From a virus (Duplodnaviria > Heunggongvirae > Uroviricota > Caudoviricetes), in the IMG/VR virus record IMGVR_UViG_3300027782_003987, positions 27,069 through 91,068 of that record: DNA of 64,000 nt; one strand, written 5' to 3'. The first letter of the stretch is position 1, and the number at the start of each line of letters is the position of its first letter. Below the pieces are notes generated by a model. That model did not search any database, was not told the origin of the DNA, and saw only the letters and a list, made by a program, of their open reading frames with translations. Below, piece by piece: positions 56,001 to 64,000 of the stretch. Made by a program: the position numbers and the translations under genes.

Positions 56001-57024
56001 TCTTCTTAGTAGCATTGACTCGCCTCACGCTGTGACTGATCCCACAATACTGTCTGCAAGGTCTCATTAGATTTCTCACCGGTTCGGCACTCTCCCACAA
56101 ATGTGCGAGATCACCCCGTTTACCAATCTTGAAACTGGGAAACTGATCTGAAAAACACAGTCGGGCAACACCGTCCATATTGACCATGATGTTGCGATCA
56201 AAACTATTACATATGGCATCTTCTGTGCCGTCGCCATCCCAACCTGTGACAGCATCCTGATTCCGAAACACACTGCGATGATACTTGCGAACTGTTTCCA
56301 TGTATTCAGGATCCAGATTCAACTGGTATTTTTCTGTACAGTGATTCAAGATCTCAAACAATGTTTCATGATCACGGATCACATTGTTGTCGTAGAACTT
56401 GTCAGGTCTTGGATCACCATTCCGGTCCAGTAATGTGCCAAATGTGGGCTGCAACCAGTTTAACTTTAACTTGTCTGCCTTTAGATCATTCAACACAAAG
56501 TCATAGAACTGATCTAGGTCCTTGTAATTCTGTTCGCACATCACGCTCATGGCGTAGATGGGTGTGTTGCTGTTTAATTCTTTTCTTGCCTGCAACAACA
56601 ACCGGATAGCGTTCACTGCTAGGTCAAATGATCCTGTGACTCCGCGGGTGGAATCATGCACCTCAGGGATATAACTGTTTAGAGATATTGTTATTTCACT
56701 TGGGCCTTCGGTGAGTAATCTCCGAGCAAAACGAAGATCAGTGACCATGGTACCGTTCATCACGCTTAGACATCGTAATCCTAGTGAGCGGCACTGCCTT
56801 GTTATGGGCCAATACCTTTCGGGATTCATCAATGCTTCACCACCACAGATCACCACAGCCCCTTGGGGATTCAGTGTGCTGAACTCTGCGATGATATCAC
56901 TACGCTGTTCAATAGATATATGTGTGGGTAATACGACTTCTTCCCGTGTCCAATACATGCAGGTCTTGCATTTGAGATTGCATTGTAGGTTGATATCTAA
57001 GAACAGGAACTTGGGTGGTTGCAT
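55981..57024 (-). CDS. radical SAM enzyme with a C-terminal twitch/SPASM-like domain
   Basis: N-terminal CNLKCKTC and VICGGEALM motifs. C-terminal MDGVARLC...IGKRGDLAHLWES...CRQYC. Confidence 0.75.
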   Translation of the reverse strand: MQPPKFLFLDINLQCNLKCKTCMYWTREEVVLPTHISIEQRSDIIAEFSTLNPQGAVVICGGEALMNPERYWPITRQCRSLGLRCLSVMNGTMVTDLRFARRLLTEGPSEITISLNSYIPEVHDSTRGVTGSFDLAVNAIRLLLQARKELNSNTPIYAMSVMCEQNYKDLDQFYDFVLNDLKADKLKLNWLQPTFGTLLDRNGDPRPDKFYDNNVIRDHETLFEILNHCTEKYQLNLDPEYMETVRKYHRSVFRNQDAVTGWDGDGTEDAICNSFDRNIMVNMDGVARLCFSDQFPSFKIGKRGDLAHLWESAEPVRNLMRPCRQYCGISHSVRRVNATKKIDINQI

Positions 57025-57718
57025 TATCTATTTAACACAACATTCTCGGGTTTGACTCCGTGCTCGTTGCTGCTGCTCAACAACCATGCCTTCTCGTGTT
57101 GGACTTGGATTCTAGGATCTGCCCATACTTGGTATCCTGCGTTTATTGCTCTGTGGCAGAATCCTGTGTCCTCGGATAGGAAAGCGGTTGTATCATCTTT
57201 GATTTCGTATTCAACGGGTTTGAAGAATGGGCATTCCATGGATTCAAACACACCTTTTTGCACAGCCATAAAGCCCATGCCAGAAGCAGCCAACTGGAAT
57301 CTATATCCATTCACATGCACCATCTCTCGTGGTAACCATAGCAAGTCGGTTTTACTATCACTGTGGAACACTGCCTGTGCATAAGTTTTGTTGTCGTGCT
57401 GTATATAGAATCCAGTGACGATCCGGTGTTCAGGAACACTGATTAACTTTTCAAGATCCTCGGGTGTCCAGATGTTATCGTTGTCAATCCAGATGATCCA
57501 ATCGTAATCTAGCACACCGTTGAATGGCTGGAAGGTCCTTGGCGGATTTCCTGTGGCACCCAACAGCATGTTTCTACAGTTGTAGATCACTGGCGAATAT
57601 GCATTTATCGTCACATATTCTATGTTGTTTTTATAAAGCCAGCGTATGGTCGAATTCCATGCGTTCATCCAGTTCTTGCTGAATGATTGACCAGGAAAAC
57701 AAAAAACTAATTTCATTT
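57024..57718 (-). CDS. glycosyltransferase-like protein (DxD DNDNIW)
   Basis: The listed ORF (to 57782) would overlap tRNA-Ser. The ATG at 57718 (MKLVFCFPG) sits just below the tRNA. Confidence 0.5.
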
Positions 57719-57725
57719 TAAATAT

Positions 57726-57812
57726 TGGCGGAGAGTGTGGGAGTCGAACCCACTCGCCCCTTTCGGAGCGTCGGATTAGCAATCCGATGCCTTACCATCC
57801 AGCCCACTCTCC
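57726..57812 (-). tRNA. tRNA-Ser (anticodon GCU), type II
   Basis: Acceptor GGAGAGT/ACTCTCC, anticodon loop TTGCTAA, long variable arm, T-arm with TTCGACT, CCA encoded. Confidence 0.7.
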
Positions 57813-57821
57813 AATGTTGCT

Positions 57822-57850
57822 ATTATATAGCAAAATTCAAAACAAGTCAA
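57822..57850 (-). promoter_or_regulatory. sigma70-like promoter TTGACT-N17-TATAAT for tRNA-Ser(GCU)
   Basis: Minus strand reads TTGACTtgttttgaattttgctaTATAATagcaacatt followed by the tRNA 5' end. Confidence 0.55.
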
Positions 57851-58048
57851 TCAAAATCGAGCACTGCATCAAGTTTAAGGGCAGTCAGGTTCAACACCCG
57901 GAGCCCTCCAGTCACATATTTAGATGATGACTACTCACCTCCCTAATCTGGGTCAGAGGCACTGGTTTCAATTTTTGGTCCCTTGCAGTTGGGCCCATCG
58001 TCAATGAGTTTTTAACTCGCCCGATTTGATTGATCTTAAATATTCCTG

Positions 58049-58321
58049 ATGTTGAAGCAACACATACCTCGTAACCTACGACAACGAATCATCGAACGCG
58101 ATGGGCCTCGGTGTGTGTATTGTGACGAAGATCTCAGCAGTGCCGAAATCCACATGGATCATGTGATACCTGAATCACAGGGTGGAGAGACCACTTACAA
58201 CAATCTGCAAGTGACCTGCCGCAAGTGTAATCTTGCCAAGGGCGTTCTCACCGAAAGTGAATTCACACAACGACTCAGGACTCGTGCTTCTAACATTCTA
58301 AATAGACTTGGAGCGGGGTAG
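58049..58321 (+). CDS. HNH endonuclease
   Basis: CVYCDEDL...HMDHVIPESQGG...NLQVTCRKCNLAKG HNH motif. The 3' end overlaps tRNA-Gly(UCC) on the other strand by ~13 nt. Confidence 0.75.
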   Translation: MLKQHIPRNLRQRIIERDGPRCVYCDEDLSSAEIHMDHVIPESQGGETTYNNLQVTCRKCNLAKGVLTESEFTQRLRTRASNILNRLGAG

Positions 58322-58382
58322 GAGAATCGAACTCCTGACATCAACTTGGAAGGATGAGGTAATACCATTTTACGAACCCCGC
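58309..58382 (-). tRNA. tRNA-Gly (anticodon UCC)
   Basis: Acceptor GCGGGGT/ACCCCGC, D-arm GTAA-AATGGTA-TTAC, anticodon loop CTTCCAA (one T.T mismatch in the stem), T-arm AGGAG-TTCGATT-CTCCT, CCA encoded. Confidence 0.6.
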
Positions 58383-58454
58383 GGTATTGGGATGGGCTTC
58401 TCACCCAATTGACCCTAAACGGGCTGTTGACGGCTCTCTTTCACGCCGCCCAGG

Positions 58455-58937
58455 TTAGGCTGCTTTGCGATTGCTCAGCACCCAATCTAGTCTGTCTGCT
58501 GCATAACTAGCAGCGAACGCTCTTGGCTTGACCATTGGAATCACATTACAAGTTCCTTTTATATATCCAATTGCCTGGTTTACTACCACAGAACTCTTGT
58601 GCATCTGATCAGGGTTGATGTCCAAGTGGACTTCAACTAAACGATCTTCTAACACATCTGCCATCTTCTGGAACAGTTCACTTACCTTGTAAACTTCATT
58701 CATCAGTCGCATGCTGGGCTTATCGCTGCGTTGATCCCAGTCGCGTTCACGATGCACTTCACCAAAGATCTTGCAACCATGACAGCTATCGATATGTACA
58801 ACTACCGCCAGAGCATAGTCGGCATGCCATATGCCATCTACTTTGACTCGTTCACTATCGCAGCCCAGATACACACTGGTTTCAGGACTTTGAGCATGTA
58901 TAAATGCTTTGACTTTTTCTAGGTCCATTTTTTTCAT
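58455..58937 (-). CDS. hypothetical protein
   Basis: 160-aa ORF. Confidence 0.45.
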   Translation of the reverse strand: MKKMDLEKVKAFIHAQSPETSVYLGCDSERVKVDGIWHADYALAVVVHIDSCHGCKIFGEVHRERDWDQRSDKPSMRLMNEVYKVSELFQKMADVLEDRLVEVHLDINPDQMHKSSVVVNQAIGYIKGTCNVIPMVKPRAFAASYAADRLDWVLSNRKAA

Positions 58938-58943
58938 GATTCA

Positions 58944-58975
58944 CTTTCTTTGTTGGCGTACCCACTAGGACTCGA
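58944..58975 (-). pseudogene. tRNA 3'-half fragment (T-arm, acceptor 3' strand and CCA only)
   Basis: AAGTCTAGGTTCGAGTCCTAGTGGGTACGCCA. No matching 5' half nearby. The 3' acceptor end GGGTACGCCA is identical to that of tRNA-Trp at 59449, which lies on the other side of an HNH gene. Confidence 0.45.
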
Positions 58976-59001
58976 ACCTAGACTTTTGTATAAATAAACA
59001 T

Positions 59002-59448
59002 ATGAAATGTTTACATTGTTCTAACCCACTAAGTGGTTATCAAAAAAAGTTTTGTTCGAGTTCCTGTTCGGCTATTCATTCTAACTTACTTACTCCACGC
59101 AGAACTAAAACTAATCCTTTGTGGCACGATTGTCCTACTTGCGGTAAGCAAACACGGAACATTCGCTACTGTTCCAATGAATGCAAACCTAAACTAACTC
59201 CGCAAGAAAGATATGCTAAACATAAAGCCATGCATAACGAAGCCTGGCACCGCTATATGGCTAAACGAAAAAATCAAACACCCAAGAGTGTTGATATAAA
59301 AGCATTACAACAGTTCTATATAAACTGTCCTGATGGACACGAGGTAGATCATATTCATCCTGTATCTAAAGGTGGGTTGCACACCTTGGAGAATTTACAA
59401 TATCTTACGATATCAGAAAACAGGAAAAAATCTAACAAACTAATATAG
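59002..59448 (+). CDS. HNH endonuclease
   Basis: Cys4 N-terminus plus HEVDHIHPVSKGGLHTLENLQYL HNH-N motif. Embedded between the tRNA fragment and tRNA-Trp. Confidence 0.7.
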   Translation: MKCLHCSNPLSGYQKKFCSSSCSAIHSNLLTPRRTKTNPLWHDCPTCGKQTRNIRYCSNECKPKLTPQERYAKHKAMHNEAWHRYMAKRKNQTPKSVDIKALQQFYINCPDGHEVDHIHPVSKGGLHTLENLQYLTISENRKKSNKLI

Positions 59449-59522
59449 TGGCGTACCCTGAGAGATTTGAACTCCCACCGACGGTTTTGGAGACCGATAT
59501 GCTGCCGTTACACTAAGGATAC
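59449..59522 (-). tRNA. tRNA-Trp (anticodon CCA)
   Basis: Acceptor GTATCCT/AGGGTAC, anticodon loop CTCCAAA, T-arm GGGAG-TTCAAAT-CTCTC, CCA encoded. Confidence 0.6.
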
Positions 59523-59538
59523 ATTTCACATTACACTT

Positions 59539-59630
59539 TGGTACGAGCGGAGAGGATCGAACTCTCTCAAGAACGCTAATCTGGCGCTAAAAGGCGTATA
59601 AGACCTCTCTGACTCCCAAGTCTCGCTCGC
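59539..59630 (-). tRNA. 92-nt tRNA-like gene of unresolved identity (possible anticodon UAU, or a type II or intron-containing tRNA)
   Basis: Clear acceptor GCGAGCG/CGCTCGT-A-CCA (G1.U72) and T-arm GAGAG-TTCGATC-CTCTC. The D and anticodon arms do not fold canonically by hand. Confidence 0.4.
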
Positions 59631-59636
59631 ATTGTC

Positions 59637-59711
59637 TGGTCCGGCGTAACAGAATCGAACTGCTATCTAGGGAGTAGAAATCCCCTGTATTATCCATTAT
59701 ACTAACGCCAG
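59637..59711 (-). tRNA. tRNA-Arg (anticodon UCU)
   Basis: Acceptor CTGGCGT/ACGCCGG, D-arm GTAT-AATGGATA-ATAC, anticodon arm GGGGA-TTTCTAC-TCCCT, T-arm AGCAG-TTCGATT-CTGTT. Confidence 0.65.
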
Positions 59712-59713
59712 AT

Positions 59714-59752
59714 AAATTTACTCTGATATTCTCTGTAAATTTACTTTGATAT
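59714..59752. repeat. tandem 17-nt direct repeat (AAATTTACTCTGATATT / AAATTTACTTTGATATT) between tRNA-Leu and tRNA-Arg
   Basis: Seen directly in the sequence; approximate coordinates. Confidence 0.5.
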
Positions 59753-59839
59753 TGGTACGACTGACCGGACTCGAACCGGTACGCCCTTACGGACATCAGA
59801 TTTTAAGTCTGAGGCGGCTACCTATTTCGCCACAGTCGC
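59753..59839 (-). tRNA. tRNA-Leu (anticodon UAA), type II
   Basis: Acceptor GCGACTG/CAGTCGT (G1.U72), D-arm GCG-AAATAGGTAGC-CGC, anticodon arm TCAGA-CTTAAAA-TCTGA, 15-nt variable arm, T-arm ACCGG-TTCGAGT-CCGGT. Confidence 0.7.
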
Positions 59840-59845
59840 GTTGTT

Positions 59846-59919
59846 TGGTCTCGGTAGGAAGAATCGAACTTCCGCTTCATGCTCCCAAAGCACGGGTGAT
59901 ACCATTTCACTATACCGAG
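59846..59919 (-). tRNA. tRNA-Pro (anticodon UGG)
   Basis: Acceptor CTCGGTA/TACCGAG with the C1-G72 typical of tRNA-Pro, D-arm GTGA-AATGGTA-TCAC, anticodon loop TTTGGGA, T-arm GGAAG-TTCGATT-CTTCC. Confidence 0.7.
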
Positions 59920-59925
59920 TAGACC

Positions 59926-60004
59926 TGGTTGCGGAGGCAGGATTCGAACCTGCGATCTCCAGCTTATGAGACTGGCGGGGACGACCGGACTCCCCTACTC
60001 CGCG
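59926..60004 (-). tRNA. tRNA-Met (anticodon CAU), possibly initiator (C1xA72 mismatch)
   Basis: Acceptor CGCGGAG/CTCCGCA-A-CCA gives a C1-A72 mismatch. D-stem GGGG/CCCC, anticodon loop CTCATAA, T-arm GCAGG-TTCGAAT-CCTGC. Confidence 0.6.
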
Positions 60005-60686
60005 ATATTCTTTCTATCCTGGGCAAAAACACTGGATCTATTCTTTCACAGATACCAGCAGCTAGATCAATCTGATATTGCTTGCAAGGCACTGTGTTCT
60101 GATCTTGATGATCATGATGCTGATAATGTTCTGATCTTTCGTATTGATCATACAACGGATCAGAAATGTTTGAAATGATCGAGCTCAACACAGATCTCTG
60201 CGATTCGGTCCACGGTATGTCATATGCCTGCAATACTATGAACTCAATGTTGCGTGACTGACACCAATCCTGCAACAGCATGACCTTACAAAATACATCT
60301 TGTGCTTCTAACCCCGGACTTGCTAACCATTGATTATACAATCTTTTTGATTTGTGGTCAACACTATGACTGCTGGGCCATATGCCTCGGAATGTAAAGT
60401 TTCTCAACGAATCGGATTCAACCAATTCAGTTTGTCTTTGTGCATCAACTTCTACATCCAATTTGCCTGTGCTGGTCAGTTGCAGGATCACTTGGTTGAT
60501 CAAAGCATCTTCTAGTAGTTTTAAGAATGCTTGATTCAAGATCCATTGATTGCTCACTGCTGGACCTCCTGCATCAACAAGGTCGACCCCTACGGATCTC
60601 AGCACATTGACCCAGGTCTTTCTTTCCTGCCCGCCAAAGCTGAATCCGCAACCACTAACTAAGACTTTTTTGTTTGATAACGACAT
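59964..60686 (-). CDS. hypothetical protein
   Basis: 240-aa ORF. Its C-terminal ~40 nt overlap tRNA-Met, so the real stop and the overlap need checking. Confidence 0.45.
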   Translation of the reverse strand: MSLSNKKVLVSGCGFSFGGQERKTWVNVLRSVGVDLVDAGGPAVSNQWILNQAFLKLLEDALINQVILQLTSTGKLDVEVDAQRQTELVESDSLRNFTFRGIWPSSHSVDHKSKRLYNQWLASPGLEAQDVFCKVMLLQDWCQSRNIEFIVLQAYDIPWTESQRSVLSSIISNISDPLYDQYERSEHYQHHDHQDQNTVPCKQYQIDLAAGICERIDPVFLPRIERISRSRGVRSSPPVS

Positions 60687-61488
60687 TGATTGTATTTAAG
60701 TGATCAACTACTACCGCCTGTGATCTGTTTGGACACTGACCGCATACCGATTCCGGCACTCCTATGCCAGCGATAAATCGATCAAGATTCACCGCATCCG
60801 AGCAAGGTTCGTAATCAAACCAATTCTCTCCTGTGATATCCATCACATTTGCCACTGCTGGACATTTATACAATCGTCCCTTATACAATATTGGTGTGTC
60901 GGGAGATCCGCATATAGCATGTGACTCAGCTGGCTCGCTCATCCAAGGAGAGATTCTATTTTCTTCCAATCTAAATGGAACCACAAAATCTTTGAAAACA
61001 CTCTTGTAAATTTTAAAATCGCCCAACTGCCAAGATATTTGGCAATGATCCTGCGGATCTTCACTTACCTGTGTCTGCCATCCTTTGCGTGTTAGCAGGA
61101 TGTTTTTTATAGCCTGATCGATTATGTTTCGATGATCTGCCCGGTGCATGCTGACCTGCATCTCAAATGGCTCAAAATCAAACCAAGCCGCACTATCAAA
61201 ATTCTTTAGTAGATACCCATTGGTTATAAGGCGTATGATTGCTGTGGGCCATGATTTTCTTACCCGTCTACATATCTCTATCAATTCAGGATGCAAACAA
61301 GGTTCGCCTCCAAACAAGGTCACTACCTTGGGTTGCAATATTGTGCTCCAGTGCTCTATCCACATGGTGATGTCGTTGAGTCTGGCCACGCCATTTCTTG
61401 GCAAGTCACTGAGACTGATACAGCCACGGCAGCTGATATTGCAGGAATATGCGATCATGATATCTAATCTTGGAATCTTTTTAGGCAT
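60655..61488 (-). CDS. radical SAM enzyme with a C-terminal twitch-like domain
   Basis: CNISCRGC and TLFGGEPCLHPEL motifs. C-terminal GRLYKCP...CGQCPN. Confidence 0.75.
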   Translation of the reverse strand: MPKKIPRLDIMIAYSCNISCRGCISLSDLPRNGVARLNDITMWIEHWSTILQPKVVTLFGGEPCLHPELIEICRRVRKSWPTAIIRLITNGYLLKNFDSAAWFDFEPFEMQVSMHRADHRNIIDQAIKNILLTRKGWQTQVSEDPQDHCQISWQLGDFKIYKSVFKDFVVPFRLEENRISPWMSEPAESHAICGSPDTPILYKGRLYKCPAVANVMDITGENWFDYEPCSDAVNLDRFIAGIGVPESVCGQCPNRSQAVVVDHLNTINVVIKQKSLS

Positions 61489-62140
61489 AGCTTGACAACC
61501 AATCTCCTACTACTGTTATTTCAAATTTGTCATACAACGCTTTACGCACTTGATCGGGCTCATACACCAGATGTTCATATGGTATGATGAGATCATACAG
61601 TTGATCAGATTCTACATATCTTGTTGTTCTGACTTGATTGATATATTGTTCTACTGCATCCGGGGTAGGATCAATGTTCTGACTTAGCAACATTAACTCC
61701 ACTGTGAGCATGTTGTATTTTACTTTTTTAACAAAATCCTGATTTGTTTCGGATAACGATTTTACCATACCAAAAAAGTATTCCGGTGAAGGCTCTCTGG
61801 TCAACAGCACTTTTTTTATTCTTTGTTCTATCAGCTGTTTATACAACTCAGGATCCTGCGGTAATTGGATACGGATACTTTGCACATCCTCCAGCATGGA
61901 TCTTGCTAGATCGGTATGCCTGTGTGTGGGCACAATGGTATGCAGCCCTGGATGGGATTTTTTAAAAACAGGATTAGGTGTTTCTTTTAAGAACTCCTGT
62001 GCAAACACATCATGAACTTTGGTCCTACCGTTTTCATATTTTTTAAAAATGAGTTTTTCGCATTCCGAGCTCTCGCCGAGTCCAGCACAAAATCTTTCAC
62101 CACCAGCACCTTGGTCGTAGTCAACAAATAAAAACGGCAT
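61481..62140 (-). CDS. hypothetical protein
   Basis: 219-aa ORF, coupled to the flanking genes. Confidence 0.45.
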   Translation of the reverse strand: MPFLFVDYDQGAGGERFCAGLGESSECEKLIFKKYENGRTKVHDVFAQEFLKETPNPVFKKSHPGLHTIVPTHRHTDLARSMLEDVQSIRIQLPQDPELYKQLIEQRIKKVLLTREPSPEYFFGMVKSLSETNQDFVKKVKYNMLTVELMLLSQNIDPTPDAVEQYINQVRTTRYVESDQLYDLIIPYEHLVYEPDQVRKALYDKFEITVVGDWLSSYA

Positions 62141-62283
62141 ACACTATTTAACTCTTGGTAAGCCAACAGTCCATATAGAAACACACTCTTTTCCTAGCTT
62201 TCGGTAAGCATGCCTGCTCTTTCGGATAGCCCCTGCGTCCAGTTGCTAGGTATCCCAACCGTGAATGTGTTCTTATATGAACC

Positions 62284-62970
62284 TTAAAAATTGATTCTAT
62301 TCTTATCGTAATTAAATTTGATTACATTAGCATTGTCAGTATCAGTGATCTTCATTATACGTCTATATGTTTGTCCTAACACAATGTTATATTTTGCAGG
62401 ATCCTCGTAAGGAAAATGCGGAGCAATAGATGAGACTATAACACTTTTCTGATTGTGTTCGGCTAGCCCCATCATGAGAGCATTCTGATAAGATTTACTT
62501 CCTATATAACCAACATGATGTGCATATCTTGCTGTATACGCATTTTCATCAAACCTAGCATAGGTAAGACCAGTGGTCATAAAAACTATCCTATCACCGC
62601 TGGTCATTTTCGACAATGCTTTTATTGCAAAAAAGTGCGGACAAATTACTTGTATCTGTAAAGACTCTCGGTATGCAGTTGCAGGAACAGTAGAGGTCTC
62701 GGTGAACATCTGTGTTTCGTTTGGAATATCCACATAATTTGAATTATACAACATCATATCTAAATGAGCAACCTCTTTGGTCAACGCATCAAATGCATTG
62801 TTCATTGACTCAATGTTATTGAAGTCTGCAAATATCTGGTTTGGCTCTACTTTCTTACTGTGTCCATGTGATATTGTAAAAACATCATGCCCATCATCAC
62901 ATGCAAGTTCACAGAAATCTTTACCAAATTTTCCCGAGGTTTGTCCAGGGCCAATCACTAATATATTCAT
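62284..62970 (-). CDS. hypothetical Rossmann-like protein
   Basis: N-terminal MNILVIGPGQTSGKFG; 228 aa. Confidence 0.45.
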   Translation of the reverse strand: MNILVIGPGQTSGKFGKDFCELACDDGHDVFTISHGHSKKVEPNQIFADFNNIESMNNAFDALTKEVAHLDMMLYNSNYVDIPNETQMFTETSTVPATAYRESLQIQVICPHFFAIKALSKMTSGDRIVFMTTGLTYARFDENAYTARYAHHVGYIGSKSYQNALMMGLAEHNQKSVIVSSIAPHFPYEDPAKYNIVLGQTYRRIMKITDTDNANVIKFNYDKNRINF

Positions 62971-63959
62971 GAAGTCACTAATTTCCTTATTGAAATCTTC
63001 TTATGTCCTGCTGCAAATGGTTCAGCAGAAGGATTTTCCGGACACAACCTACATTGTTCAATGCTATGTCCTCGTTGAAGATTAGTTAAAAAACTTGTCA
63101 ATCGTTCATCACTCCAGGACAATTCAGCAGCCTGATAACTGTTGACTAGATCTCGTTGTTGATCGGTCATCGATACAGGAAACTGTTTTATGAACTCTGG
63201 TAATACAGTAGTGACACCGCACTTGTACAAGCGTCCTTGGAAAAAATGATGCGACCATTTAGAAAAACATGCGCTGGCTGCTCGATCAGGATCACTCATG
63301 TGAGTCAATGATAACTTACCAGTGTCTGCACTATAACCAACCGCTACATTATCAAAGCTATTGGCCACACCATATTTTACAAGGATATTATTATCGTCAC
63401 AGTAAGAGAATTCATATGTGGGGTCGTCCCATATATGCAATCCGTATTTCTGATCTACGAATTTAAATTGTTCGCTGTGATCCGGAGATTGTGTAAAGTA
63501 CCCGGGCTCAGGGTGTTCAACTCGATCGGGGTTCACATAGTATTTTCTATATGGTCCTGGATAAAATTTTTCAATCCTTGACAAGGTCGCAGCAGTTTGG
63601 TCTGCATTATGTCTATTGACATTTATTCGAATACGGCCTTGATATTCTAATAGAAGATCATACAAACCAGGCCAACGGTCAAATTGCGTACCATTGGTCA
63701 GAATCTGAATACTACTTTTAGGCCATAACTCAGCTATTCCTCGTATCCATTTTTCTAATCCTGGATTCAATAATGGCTCACCACCAAGAATTCCAATGTT
63801 TGACACGTTTAATTTCTTACTCCATTCCTGATATTCTTCAGCATGGTCGTCCCAATCAAGATGACCAGAGAATGCATAGTTGTTGTATCGATTGCATCTC
63901 GAACAATTGAGATTGCACACATTGGTGATATAAAATTCACAGTAATCAAGATTGAACAT
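62967..63959 (-). CDS. radical SAM enzyme with a C-terminal twitch-like domain
   Basis: CNLNCSRC and GILGGEPLLNP motifs. C-terminal GRLYKCG...CRLCPENP. Confidence 0.75.
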   Translation of the reverse strand: MFNLDYCEFYITNVCNLNCSRCNRYNNYAFSGHLDWDDHAEEYQEWSKKLNVSNIGILGGEPLLNPGLEKWIRGIAELWPKSSIQILTNGTQFDRWPGLYDLLLEYQGRIRINVNRHNADQTAATLSRIEKFYPGPYRKYYVNPDRVEHPEPGYFTQSPDHSEQFKFVDQKYGLHIWDDPTYEFSYCDDNNILVKYGVANSFDNVAVGYSADTGKLSLTHMSDPDRAASACFSKWSHHFFQGRLYKCGVTTVLPEFIKQFPVSMTDQQRDLVNSYQAAELSWSDERLTSFLTNLQRGHSIEQCRLCPENPSAEPFAAGHKKISIRKLVTS

Positions 63960-63972
63960 GCATTACTTATAA

Positions 63973-63999
63973 CTGGAGTAGCGGGTGAGATTTGAACTC
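63973..63999 (-). tRNA. partial tRNA (3' portion only, truncated by the window edge)
   Basis: Minus strand reads ...TGAGTTCAAATCTCACCCGCTACTCCA (T-arm, acceptor 3' strand and CCA). Confidence 0.4.
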
Positions 64000-64000
64000 A

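Noticed and set aside
58383-58454. Possible additional tRNA or promoter between tRNA-Gly(UCC) and ORF 58455..58937.
   Set aside because: No T-loop or acceptor pairing, only a TTGACG-like hexamer without a properly spaced -10.
59587-59796. 69-aa ORF on the minus strand.
   Set aside because: It overlaps three tRNA genes (Arg-UCU, the unresolved tRNA-like gene and Leu-UAA) and is almost certainly spurious.
1-63999. CRISPR arrays, IS elements and integrase/att sites.
   Set aside because: No spaced direct-repeat arrays, transposase-like or integrase-like ORFs were seen. The repeats found are promoter or terminator motifs and intragenic protein repeats.

Overview
This 64-kb window looks like an accessory region of a large phage, either a jumbo phage or a T4-like marine myovirus. 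The evidence is tail-fibre genes, two HNH endonucleases, a thyX gene, a MoxR plus VWA-metallopeptidase pair, a dense tRNA block, repeated consensus promoters and tightly overlapping operons. Host-like genes are also present (an rpoZ-like omega subunit, an SPFH protein and a tmRNA). No CRISPR array was seen. The main contents are as follows. (1) A giant fibre or adhesin ORF of more than 4080 aa that is truncated at its 5' end by the window edge. It carries an FG-GAP beta-propeller and three diverged copies of a ~75-aa repeat, and is followed by tail-fibre genes. (2) An ~18.5-kb plus-strand operon (15.6-34.0 kb). It holds two GT8-like glycosyltransferases, eight tandem radical-SAM (rSAM) enzymes in two subfamilies, two paralogs of an unknown family ('family X'), and a carbamoyltransferase. 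Two more family X paralogs are convergent on the minus strand. In all eight rSAM enzymes the SPASM/twitch-like cysteine domain lies N-terminal to the CxxxCxxC core, which is the reverse of the usual order. (3) A sugar-modification cassette of a Gfo/Idh/MocA oxidoreductase, a DegT aminotransferase and an NAD epimerase. (4) A cassette led by a PqqA-like 24-aa precursor peptide, then an attenuator hairpin, an 81-aa protein, an rSAM gene and a SPASM ORF separated from it by a frameshift. (5) A circularly permuted two-piece tmRNA with proteolysis tag ANASNDEIFALAA. (6) At least 11 confident tRNAs, one unresolved 92-nt tRNA-like gene, a 3' tRNA fragment and a partial tRNA at the window edge, interleaved with four more rSAM genes and glycosyltransferase-like genes. 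The window therefore holds 12 rSAM genes. The densest novelty is the 8-gene rSAM array and the PqqA-like cassette.
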